Below the pieces are notes generated by a model. That model did not search any database and was not told the origin of the DNA. It worked only from the letters and a program-made list of their open reading frames with translations. The position numbers and the translations under genes are program-made. Below are positions 13,316 through 24,267 of a DNA stretch of 64,000 nt, piece after piece (position 1 is the stretch's first letter; each line of letters starts with the position of its first letter). The DNA comes from Camelus ferus (lineage: Eukaryota), in contig NC_045696.1 of assembly GCF_009834535.1 (NCBI RefSeq), forward strand, positions 71,302,001 to 71,366,000, written 5' to 3'.

Positions 13316-14304
13316 TACTCCAGTAGCCCAGAATGATAGTGATACTGCCTGACGTTTATTGAGAGCTTACTGTAGTAAGCAGTGGGCTGAATGTTCTACA
13401 TGCGTTATCCTAATCCTCACAGCAGCCATGTGAGGTGGGTGTCGTTTCAGCCACTGAATACATGGGAAAGCTGATGTCTAGAAAGGTTATATAATGTGCC
13501 CAAGATTACTCAGTTATTAAATAACAAGCTGGGAATTGAACCCAGATCTTTCTGACTCCAGAGCAAATGTTTTAATTGCTGCACTGTGCTGCCTCCATGG
13601 CAGGAGTTTGTTTCAGATGTCGGCAGGCCAGTGTAAAGCCCCGGCCAGAGGTAATAAGGGATCAAAGCCATCCCTGATACACATGATGCATGATGTGATC
13701 CCGTTTTTGTTAAACTCACGTACAAACACACACACACGGAAAAAAGACTGAAAAAAAGAAATCAGTGGTATCAACATGTCTAGGATTTGCATAAAAATAC
13801 TCCATTCCTCCCATGTAAAAAAGGAAGGAAGGGGATGGCCAAAAAGAGATGAAGAAAATGTTGATAACTATTGGAGGTTCTATACTCTTTCAACTTTGCA
13901 TATGTTTAAATTTTTCTATGACAAAAATTTCTTAAATGTTAGCAGCAGTTCATTGGTATTGGTAAGAGAGACTGTTTATTTTATTTTTTGCATATTTATT
14001 GTCCAAATATTTTACAACAAGCATATATTACTTTGTAAAGAGGAAGAAATGTTTAAAGGACTTGGGGAGCATAGTGAACCAAAAAGAGGGCACGGGGGAG
14101 AAAGATCACTTAAATGTTATTGGGACAAGAAAAACCAGAGCAGCCAGGTTTCCAGATTTTCCTTTGATCAGACTGTTTAAAAGACAAAATCTCAAATTTC
14201 AGATAGGGATTCTAGGAAGCTTCTTTTTGTTTTTTAAAATGTTTGGTTCCGTTTTCCATGTTTGCGGATCCCAGCATCTGACACGTGTTCTTTGGTTTCC
14301 CCAG

Positions 14305-14458
14305 TCGATGTGCGACTGCCATTCCAGGCTGAGATGTTCATCCAGAATGTCATCCTGGTGTTCTTCTGTGTTGGAATGATCGCGGGCGTCTTCCCGTGGT
14401 TCCTCGTGGCGGTGGGGCCCCTCATCATCCTCTTTTCAGTTCTGCACATTGTCTCCAG
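14305..14458 (+). CDS. ABCC5: ABCC5 exon ~21
   Basis: ccag|DVRLPFQAEMFIQNVILVFFCVGMIAGVFPWFLVAVG...HIVS(R)|gtaaa, 154 nt. Confidence 0.96.
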
Positions 14459-14550
14459 GTAAACAGGAAGTCTTCGTGTCTTCTGGGGCAAAGCTGCCCT
14501 TTCACAGTTGCTTGTCTGCCCCTCTGACACAGAACTCATTCTCTCTCCAG

Positions 14551-14679
14551 GGTCCTGATTCGAGAGCTGAAGCGTCTGGACAACATCACGCAGTCACCTT
14601 TCCTTTCCCACATCACATCCAGCATCCAGGGCCTTGCCACCATCCATGCCTACAACAAAGGACAGGAATTTCTGCATAG
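14551..14679 (+). CDS. ABCC5: ABCC5 exon ~22
   Basis: ccag|[42 protein letters not shown](R)|gttag, 129 nt. Confidence 0.96.
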   Translation, partial: GPDSRAEASGQHHAVTFPFPHHIQHPGPCHHPCLQQRTGISA

Positions 14680-15292
14680 GTTAGTGTCTTTGGAGACCTG
14701 AGGGCTGAGTGCAGAGCCAGCATCCTAGCATTTAATTAGAGTTTAAGAGGCCTTTCAAGGTCAGAGTTGGGGATTATAAAGCTCATTACTGAGAGTATTA
14801 GTGATTTAATGATCTCTGATTAAGATTCATTTGCTTGGTGATACTCCCTTCTGAGCAAGTGGGAAGACAAAAACACAGATTCTATTGGCCATTCAGTCCT
14901 GAGTGGCTATATTTGATGGAGTTTTGCTTTTTTTTTTTTTTTAAGAACAGTAAAAGATAATAATTGACATTACACTAATATTTTATTTAGCTGTTGAAAA
15001 TTGTTTGTGTGAGAAATTTATGTACATAGATAGTCATTGTGGATATTTTTGTTAGCAAGAGATTGGAACAAGACTAAATGTCCTTCAACAGAGGTCTGGT
15101 TAAATAAGCGGTGGTGTCACATATAGTGGAATATTATGTGACCCCTGAAAAGAAGGAGACTGCTCTATAGGTACTGATATGGAGCGAGCTCCCAGGTATG
15201 TTAGTGAAAGAGTAAGGTACAGATGTGCGGCTGTGGTACACTCCCTTTGAAGTGTGTGTCTGTATCCGTAACATTTGGAATGTCTCTGAAAG

Positions 15293-15706
15293 TGTTATGG
15301 AAACGACAGGCCAGCCAAGAAACAAGCACCACACGGAGGGTTGGAGTACTCAGATGTATTACGCCGGCGGGCTCGGAGGGGCTTCTGCTCCGAACCTCTG
15401 AGCACCTCCAAGACGTGCGCATGAGGTTTTATAGGGTAAAGTACAAGCTTGGGGTATTCGGCCAATAGGCATGGAACAGCTTTAGCAGCATCGTTATCAC
15501 AAAAGTGGAGGCAGGGAGGCAGCAAACCAACATTCCAAAGCCAGATATGTATCTTTGAAAATCCAGCTGTCTAGCAAAAAAACATGAACAGCAAACCAAC
15601 ACTAATTAACTTAGATTTACAAGTTAGTCCAGCAGAACTCAGATCAGTATTCCGATACTTAGATTTGTGAGTTATCTTGTTAGCCCAGCCCGGCTTTTCC
15701 TTCACA
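15293..15706 (-). mobile_element. Young ERV solo LTR
   Basis: TG...CA ends, perfect 4-bp TSD AAAG, minus-strand TATAAAA (15427..15433) and AATACA (15355..15360), CpGs retained; interrupts an old L1. Confidence 0.88.
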
Positions 15707-16776
15707 AAAGGACACACAGGAAACTAGTAGTCACCACTGGAAAGGGCAACTGAGTAGCTGGAGGATGGGCAAGAGTCAGACTGACTTTTCACATATATTT
15801 ACATAATAAATGTACATATATTATTCATTCCCCAAATTAAGTAATTCACATTGAAAAGAAAATCTAGAACAGAAAGTTTAGGTTAAACAACTCAGAAAAA
15901 TGCGTCCCAACTTAAAGTGAAAAAAAGTAAAATATACTGACAGTGTCTGTGTGAACATACATACATACATAAATGTGAGTGCACTGAAAAAAACACTGGG
16001 GGGAAATGCAGCAGAATATTAACTCCAGTTTTAACTGAGTGATGAGAGTACTGAAATTTTACATTTTCCCTCTTCTTTACTGCATTTTCTAAACTTTTCT
16101 CTAAAGTGCACATATCTTGTAAGAAGGAAGGTGATTTTTTTTTAAAGCAAAGCACATTTGCCCACCAAGACCTCCTGCTCTGGAGTTTTAGTTGTGTCTG
16201 GCGCCAAACCTTCAGATGAGGTGTGATCTGCTCTCTAGGACCCCTGGTGACAGTGGTGTCTCGTTTCTGCAGTGATAAAAGTTGTCTAGGTCTTTTTGCC
16301 CTGGTTTAACTCACTACTCCTGGTTCTTTGCCCCCTGACCTGGGAAAACAAGTACCCTTCTGCCCAGTGGTGGTGCATCAGCAGACAATTTCCACTTTCC
16401 AAATCCAAAATACTCCTTTTCCTGGTCTTGTGCCATTTCTGCAGTTTGCCTCTGTAACCTCTCTTTCTTTGAGAAAATTACCCTGGACCCAAAGCATTTT
16501 TATAAAGCTTAAACAGCCTCTTTATCTCCTTCCCCCATGCTCTCCCTATGCTGTCGAAGCAGCTATTTTCCCCTCACATCTTTAATATGTTTCCTTGAAA
16601 ACCCCGTTGTGTGGAACCTGGAACACTCTGCACTCCTTAAGTTTCCATGTCATACTCAGAAACACTGGTACTTCAGTGTTAGCCCTCCATCCGTAGTTAC
16701 CAGAGCTTTGGCATCCTCCATGACAAGGCTTGTGTGGTACTTTATTTGCCTATTAGGTGTTCTGTCTTCCTCACAG

Positions 16777-16963
16777 GTACCAGGAGCTGCTGGATGACAA
16801 CCAGCGTCCTTTCTTCTTGTTCACGTGTGCAATGCGGTGGCTGGCTGTGCGGCTGGACCTGATCAGCATCGCCCTGATCACCACCACGGGGCTGATGATT
16901 GTCCTCATGCACGGGCAGATTCCCCCAGCCTACGCGGGTCTTGCCATCTCCTATGCTGTCCAG
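16777..16963 (+). CDS. ABCC5: ABCC5 exon ~23
   Basis: acag|YQELLDDNQRPFFLFTCAMRWLAVRLD...GLAISYAVQ|gttag, 187 nt. Confidence 0.96.
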
Positions 16964-17147
16964 GTTAGTCTCTGGGGTGGGAGCATCATCTTTGCTCAGA
17001 CGTTGGCTTAGGAGAGGCCTGGTAGGTGGCTCTTCCCTAAGCCTTTGGTCAGACCTCTTGACTCCTAGAGCATTTCCCCTGCTGCTTTGGCAGTAACTCT
17101 CTGGACTTAGCTGGGATGGGGGATGGGAGAGAGGCAGGAGCGGTAAA

Positions 17148-17498
17148 CAGGTAGCCCTCCACATCCACAGGTTCCACCTCCACATATTCAACCAACTACA
17201 GGTTGAAAATATTTGGGGGGAAAGAATTCCAGAAAGTTCCAAAAAGCAAAACTGAATTTGCTGTACCTGGGCAATTATTTACATAATATTTGCATTGTAT
17301 TTACAACTATTTACGTAGTGTTTACATTATATTAGATATTATATGTAATCTAGAGATGACTTAAAGTATGCAGAAGGATGTGCATAGGTTATATGCAAAT
17401 GCTGTGCTATCTTATACAAGGGACTTGAGCATCCATGGATTTTTATATTGGCAGGAGTCCTGGAGCCAATCCCCTGCAGATACCAAGAGCTGATTATA
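17148..17498. mobile_element. MER2/Tigger3-like DNA transposon
   Basis: taatctagagatgacttaaagtat..gaaggatgtgcataggttatatgcaaat...gggacttgagcatcc is typical of the family. Confidence 0.8.
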
Positions 17499-18685
17499 TA
17501 GGAATAAAGGAATTAACTCTGTTGCTTGTGTTTATGAAATAAGTGTGATATTTTTCATAAGTAAACATGATTTTGAAAATTATTTAATTGTAGGTTTCTG
17601 TGTTCACTACTCTTTCATCTCTGACCTATTTCTAGTCTTCTAAGAAATATGTATCTTCAATGTACTTCTGTGCATTTTATTTTCAGACCTCTGATTTTCC
17701 CAATACTGTTACTTATGTAAACCCTTCTGGTCCCTACAGATGGTTGGAGGTCTTCAAATAGCTCAAAGAACAATTGGGAACTTAAGCACTGACTAGATAT
17801 TTGAAAATGTAAAAGAATTATTACTAATTTTTTAAGGTGTGGTAATGGTTGTTTTTAAGGAATCTTCATATTTTAGAAAGATATAAGCTGAAATATTTAT
17901 GGATGAAATGTTAGGCTATATGAGATTTAATTCCAGGTAACACAGAAAAATGGGGTGGTACAGATGCAACAGTACTGGCTGTAAGTTGATCATTACTGAA
18001 GATGGATGTTTGCTACATGGGAGTTCATTATGCTGTTCTCCCCACTCTTGTGTATGTTTGACATTTTTCGCTATTGGAGACATAAAAATAACTAAGTAGC
18101 CAAAGGAAACCCAAGAGGAGATAGGTATCTTCATAGATACCCAAAGATACTTGTCCACGTTATGCAGATTGATTTGATTACTGGAGGGGAAAATCTGTGT
18201 TCTATATCTCGTGTTTCAGAATTCCCAGTCTGAGGCACGCAGGGCCTCTGTGTTCAGCTTTGGCCCAGCCTTATTTCTCTTATTTTACTTTCCTGGAAGC
18301 CTTCTCTCTAGTTGCTCACAGGATGATATAATCTCCATATGTTGTGATTGCTACATCAGGTGTACATGCAAGTATGAAGCCCAGGAGTTATTCAGCTGCG
18401 GTTGAATCATTGGAAATGTAAAGATGGACAGAAAGCCTTTGGATGTAGGAAAGTAGTGCCGGCAGTACCACATGCCACCTGCATTCATTGAGAATTGCAG
18501 TTAACTAGGAGCTATTTAAGGCATTGTCTTGAATATTTAGAGAATGACTCAGTCCCAGCTATTGCATGTGCACAGTTAGTTCTTATAATGGAGCTGTGGT
18601 CCCTTAGATGAAGGAGGTTTTCTAGCGTTGGCCTGGTGTGTATTGATAATAAATTCTCTCTTGGATTTTTGTTTTCCATTATCAG

Positions 18686-18775
18686 TTAACAGGGCTGTTC
18701 CAGTTTACCGTCAGGCTGGCATCAGAGACAGAAGCTCGCTTCACCTCAGTGGAGAGGATCAACCACTACATCAAG
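18686..18775 (+). CDS. ABCC5: ABCC5 exon ~24
   Basis: tcag|LTGLFQFTVRLASETEARFTSVERINHYIK|gtcag, 90 nt. Confidence 0.96.
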
Positions 18776-20762
18776 GTCAGGCTGCTACAGGCCTTTCTCT
18801 GCGATCTGACCCTTCATGGAGCTGCTTTACCCTTTCACTGCCTCGAGTGGATGTGCAAAGAGGATGCTTGTTTTCTCTGCCTTATCTTGTCCCACAGGAG
18901 AGACCGCCGTCTCTCCAGCATGCATGGAATGGAGAAGAGAATATCATAGGGATTTTCTAAATATATTTATGAATTGTGTCTGATTGAGAACGTACATTCT
19001 CAGCTAGTTTCCAAAGTGTTCCTAATCCTGTTAGTTCAGTTAAGCTGACTAATGTAGTATTTTCCTTACACCATTTAAAACCATATATTGTTTTAAATCT
19101 TAGTCTAGTTCACTTGTTCTTAACCAGGGATGGCCATCAGGGTCCCATGTGGAACTCTGGGCAAAGGCTGACGTGGGCCTCATCACTGGAGATTCTAGGG
19201 AAAGGACCCAGGCTTCTGAAGTTTTAAAAGCTTCATAGCTAACTCTAAACTGCATTCCCAGTTTAGAAACCAGTTAATTTAGTTGGTACTGAGATGATCT
19301 AGCTCTTCCCACTTTCCCCAGTAACCCCTGCAGTCTAGCCATGGGGTGGCAACTTGCTGATGTCCTAGTTGGAATTCTGAAAGCAATTTTCTAGACAGAG
19401 AAGCAGAATTATGAGTAATTGGGATTCTCACATGTAACTCATTTCTCAGGAGTTCCCCATTTTGTGATCTGCCCAGAGACTTTATCAATATTTATATCAT
19501 TATTTACATGGGAAGAATACATCCAGGTTCCAACTAGAATGTTGACTTACAAACACAGTCTTGAAAAACTACCCTTTCACTGAGAACTAGTGCATTTATG
19601 TAAACTGCATTTTCTAGCAGAGACATGCCTCACTGATCTGTTTTGGCGATGAACCTCGTCAGTCGTAGGATATTTCTTAAACTTACAAATGATTATCATC
19701 AGAAAGAATGGCAGGTAGCCATCTAATATATCCGCTAATAGCTGCTCTTTATGTTTATGCATGAGCCTCTTGGCCCAGTGCTCTGGTCTGTGGGCAACAT
19801 GTGGGTGGACATGTGGGTGTGGAGTGTTTGATTTAATATCACTGTTGGTGTGAGCCTCTTGCTGGGGAGGTCAGGGTGATGGTTGGCCGTGGTACAGAGT
19901 GTACTTTGCACACAAAAAAAGTCCCGTTTCTGAGGACTTGCTCCCACTGCCCAGCCTGGATGCCTCTCCCAACATGGAGTTTTAGACATCAGTCTGCTCC
20001 CCTGCCCGCCCGAGCACTGCGATCTCTGGCCTTTCCTTCCCTATGAGCTATAAGCTCCATGACTCACCAGAAAGTTTTAAAACATTGTAGGGTGTGACTG
20101 TTGATGACAAAAATTACCCGTTATATTAAGCATAGCATTTTAAAGTTGGAATGGGTTTCCCAGATTGTCTAATCCAGTCCCCACAATTTACAGATGAGAA
20201 ACTAAGACAAAGAGTGAAGAAGTGGTACATCCGGTTCACACAGCTATTAGTGGTGGAGTTGGGATCAGAGTCTGTGTCTTCCGGACTGACTGAGTGGCTC
20301 AGAATGCCAGGGTCTGATTAAATGACCAATAAATGTTGGTTCCTTCCTTTGGGTTTAGGTTTTCAAATGGTGGAATCCTGTTACAAGTGGAATATTTTCA
20401 AAGAATTCCAGTAAAAATTGCTGTGGTTGAAGAGGGGTGAAGGGCTTCATGCACAGCCTTGGCCCCCATGAGGATTTTGTGGAAGCATTCCTTAAGAGAA
20501 GGCAGTTAGAGAGCCACTGCCCTCCCCGAGCTGCTTAGTGGCCATTGTAGGCTGCTAAGTGGAGTGGACATTATAGTCAGTCGCAGTCTAGTTCAGTGGT
20601 GATAAACATACACTGCCAGGCACTCTTTCACAGTAGGGGACATGATGGCAGCTGCATCTGTGTGGTTGCTCTGTGTATCTTGGTGTTACTTCTCTGTGAC
20701 AAAGCCTTGCAACGCCCCCAGAATCTGTGGTCAGTCTGAGTCGGCCACTTCTGTCTCCCCAG

Positions 20763-20952
20763 ACTCTCTCTTTGGAAGCACCTGCCAGAATTAAGAACAA
20801 GGCTCCCTCCCCTGACTGGCCCCAGGAAGGAGAGGTGACTTTTGAGAATGCAGAGATGAGGTACCAAGAAAATCTCCCTCTGGTCCTGAAGAAAGTGTCC
20901 TTCACCATCAAACCCAAAGAGAAGATTGGCATCGTGGGGCGGACGGGATCAG
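20763..20952 (+). CDS. ABCC5: ABCC5 exon ~25, start of NBD2
   Basis: ccag|TLSLEAPARIKNKAPSPDWPQEGEVTFENAEMRY...IGIVGRTGS(G)|gtaag, 190 nt. Confidence 0.97.
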
Positions 20953-22163
20953 GTAAGCATCTCCTCTCTGGAGAAACATTGAACCTACCAGAGTCAAGTC
21001 TGGGGACCAGGCTTTGCTGCTTATTGACTATCACTCTCATCCCTTCAAACCGGATTCCTGTTAGGTGAGCGATTAGCATGTCAGGTCTCTGAAACCACTC
21101 TTCCAGGTTTATCTTCAACCCTGCTTTTGTAACATTTAGTACTTTTTCTAACCATAAAAGTGTGCGTTCTCAATGCAGAACACTTGGAATAAATAGCAAA
21201 GTACAAAGAGGGAAAAGCACCCCTAACTCCACTACCCAGAGATCATTACTGCTAACGTTTTGATGGCTATCTTGTTAGGTTTTTCCATCAACAAATGTAT
21301 TTACAGAAATGAGGTCATTTTACACACAATGTCTCATGGCCTGCTTTTAAAACTACCAAATATTTTCCATGTCAGTTAATATTATGTGGCATGATTTCTG
21401 TGCAGCATGATATAAAATTCTGTTCTGTGGATGTACCATTATTTATATTCACTCAGCTCCAACTGTAGGGCGTTGAGGTTGTTGTCAATTTTTCACTATT
21501 ATGAACAGCATGGCAGTGAACATCCTTATTTATATGAAGGCAAAATACATAAAAAATTTAAAGTCTTTGTGATGTGTTGCCAGTATGGCCTCATATTTAT
21601 CAGAAGCCAACACAGCTCTAAATAAGGAATTTATGTTCCTTTGAAGAGAGAAATTATTTTCTTGATATGGTATCAGTTGCAAAGAAATAGAGATTAGGCC
21701 TTTGCTTTAGGCACTTAATTTCAGTCTTATTTTCAGAAGTGTGTTACTATAATGCCCCTTGGATTTCTGGAGGCAAGACTTGAATAATGTGTTTCTTTCC
21801 CTCTTTCCTTCCTGAAAAACATTTTAAAGATTGAGTCTTGTCTTCTTTCACTAGCTTGTTTACCCTTGTGTAAGAGGTCTCTCTGAGTCACTTCTCATTA
21901 GCTTTCCGGGCTCCATGCTTCCTTGGCTTCAAAACTCTTTTAGCTTTTTTTCTTGCCATTAAAAAAAAGAAAGAAGAAAAAAGGCCTTGAATCTTTTCTG
22001 GCCAATTTACTTTAAAGAACCCGCTAAGAAGAAAAGAAAAAGTTATTTCCTGCTTCCTCTTTGAAGGAATTATTTTTATGTCAAAACAAGATACTGCCTC
22101 TAGGCTTTTACACTGGAAAGAGAATGCCCAGCCAAGGAGGGTGACCGTCTCCAAGGCTCTTAC

Positions 22164-23891
22164 TTTGCTCTCTCCCTCGAATTCCCTCTGCTGCATTGGC
22201 CCCCGGGGGTACACTGCTCTCCTGCAAGCTCTGACTGCTGTCCCTTCCTGTGATTTCCCTTTAACACAGGTAAGACAGACCGAAATTTTCACCAAGAGTT
22301 TATTAAACCATCAGTAGTGACAGAGAAGAACTAAACAAGAAAAATAAAATAATTATAAATAGCCCAACTTACGAAGTCTAAACTCTAATCCTAACAAGCT
22401 TCTGAGACTCACAGACCCGGCTCTGCCGTGGTAGTGACCACCGTGAGGACATCCTTGCCTTTTTTGCCAGCACGTTCCATCAAGGTAGTCTAGATTCAGA
22501 TCTTTTATTAAAATGGAACAACTTAACCTATTTATTTGAGCACCATTCCTTCCTCAGCTTAGATATTAAACCACTGCCTCAGCACTGAGGGAAGGTCTCC
22601 ACCTCCTCCCTTAAACCTGTGTGAGGGACTGCTAATCAGATCTCCCAACCCTGAAAAAGCCATTCACTTCTAGGAGAAGGCCGTCTCAAGGACTGGCCTG
22701 CCACAGGGTCTCAGGTTTCCCAGCCCGCTTCTAGTAGATGGTGTGAGCAACCCTGCCTTAGGGAGACGGACATTTCTCGGGGTTCCCATAGGTTGTGTGA
22801 TGGGAGTCAGATCTCGACGGCTTGGAGGAAGCCACAGACACCAGGATGAGGCAGGGTATTTGTACCCTCGCTGACCGCTGAGCTTACCAGGTCATCAGGG
22901 GGCTTTCACATGGAGGCAGAGGAGGGGAGGAGGGTCAAGAACCCGGAGAACTGGTCTAACAGCTAAAAACCTGTAGTTCTGTATCTAAACTACAGGTCTG
23001 AATCGCAGAAAGGTAGATAGACAGGACTGTGTCAGACCTTTTTGGTGGGGTGGGGCACTGAGCTTTTTAGATATTTATATTTTTTGACATAGTTTCAGTT
23101 CTGAGCATCTATTTCAAGGAAGTCCTCTGAGGTGGGAGCAGTTTGAGCACTGACGTTTTGCCATAGCATTATTATAGTAAGTTTTAAATAAACTGCGTGT
23201 GCAGCGTTAAAGGACTGGCTAAATAAGTAAGAGTACATTCACATAATGGAATTTATTGCAGCCACTAAAATTTTATCTTGAAAAGGTAGTAGTATGATTG
23301 AGTGCTTGCTATGTAATGTTAAGTGGAAAATGCAGTTACAGTATTGTATCTCTGGTATGATCTCAACTCTGAGGAAGAAACTAAAAGGAAATGTGTCCAA
23401 AAAAAAGCAGTAGTGAAATGTGGGAGATTGATGTTATCTGCTTGAATTATTGATATAATTTTTAAAATGAAGAGTCAATTAATTTGATTCAGTATCACTG
23501 TGATACTGAGTGTGTTATTTTATCCCCCAAACCTGCTTTTCTACCACAGTTCCTTATCATGGTAGAGAATCTTACAGCCACTCGTTTTTTCAAGCCCAAA
23601 CCTCCTTCCTGGTGTGTTTAGCCCAGAACTTCCTCCGTTCCCCCAGCTGCTGCTGCTGCGGTGGCGATGGAAGGCCTTGTCTTGTTTCTCCCTCAGCTAA
23701 GATGAGGGGACAGAAGAGAGCGAGGACAACTTGTCCTCTGATTTGCCTCTAGTTCCTTGCTCTCTGTTACGCTCACTTTGCCTGAGAAGCATTAAACCCT
23801 GTGGACCTGTTCCCAAGGTGAAAGGAGGCATTTTTTCCATTTTACTCTCATGAGAGTGTAATGGTTCCTTCTGCTCCTTCTCAGGCTGGAG
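22164..23891 (-). pseudogene. Candidate decayed antisense multi-exon gene nested in an ABCC5 intron (unrecognised product)
   Basis: Six hand-picked AG/GT-bounded segments with compatible phases, 211 codons, 3 in-frame stops; see findings. Confidence 0.4.
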
Positions 23892-24107
23892 CTGTGTGAT
23901 GTAAATGTATAATGGTTGTTAGCCCAGGAAAGTTCATTATTTTTCCTGTTTCTGGCTGTCATTTTATGCATTATCCGAGTTAATCGGTTGAAATAATGGT
24001 TGAAAAGAAACAGAAAAATCGATGATTTTGCCCTGAGAATAAACCAGTTTTATTTTCACAGAATTTGCTAATTGAACAACTTTTCTGCCTGTCTTCTGAC
24101 TCATCAG

Positions 24108-24267
24108 GGAAGTCCTCCCTGGGCATGGCCCTCTTCCGTCTGGTGGAGTTATCTGGAGGTTGCATCAAGATTGACGGAGTGAGAATCAGTGACATTGGCC
24201 TTGCCGACCTCCGAAGCAAGCTCTCCATCATTCCCCAAGAGCCAGTGCTGTTCAGTGGCACTGTCAG
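24108..24267 (+). CDS. ABCC5: ABCC5 exon ~26
   Basis: tcag|[23 protein letters not shown]...[13 protein letters not shown](R)|gtgag, 160 nt. Confidence 0.97.

Noticed and set aside
22969..22997. 10-bp perfect inverted repeat acctgtagtt/aactacaggt
   Set aside because: Too short for a pre-miRNA or MITE and can occur by chance in 64 kb.
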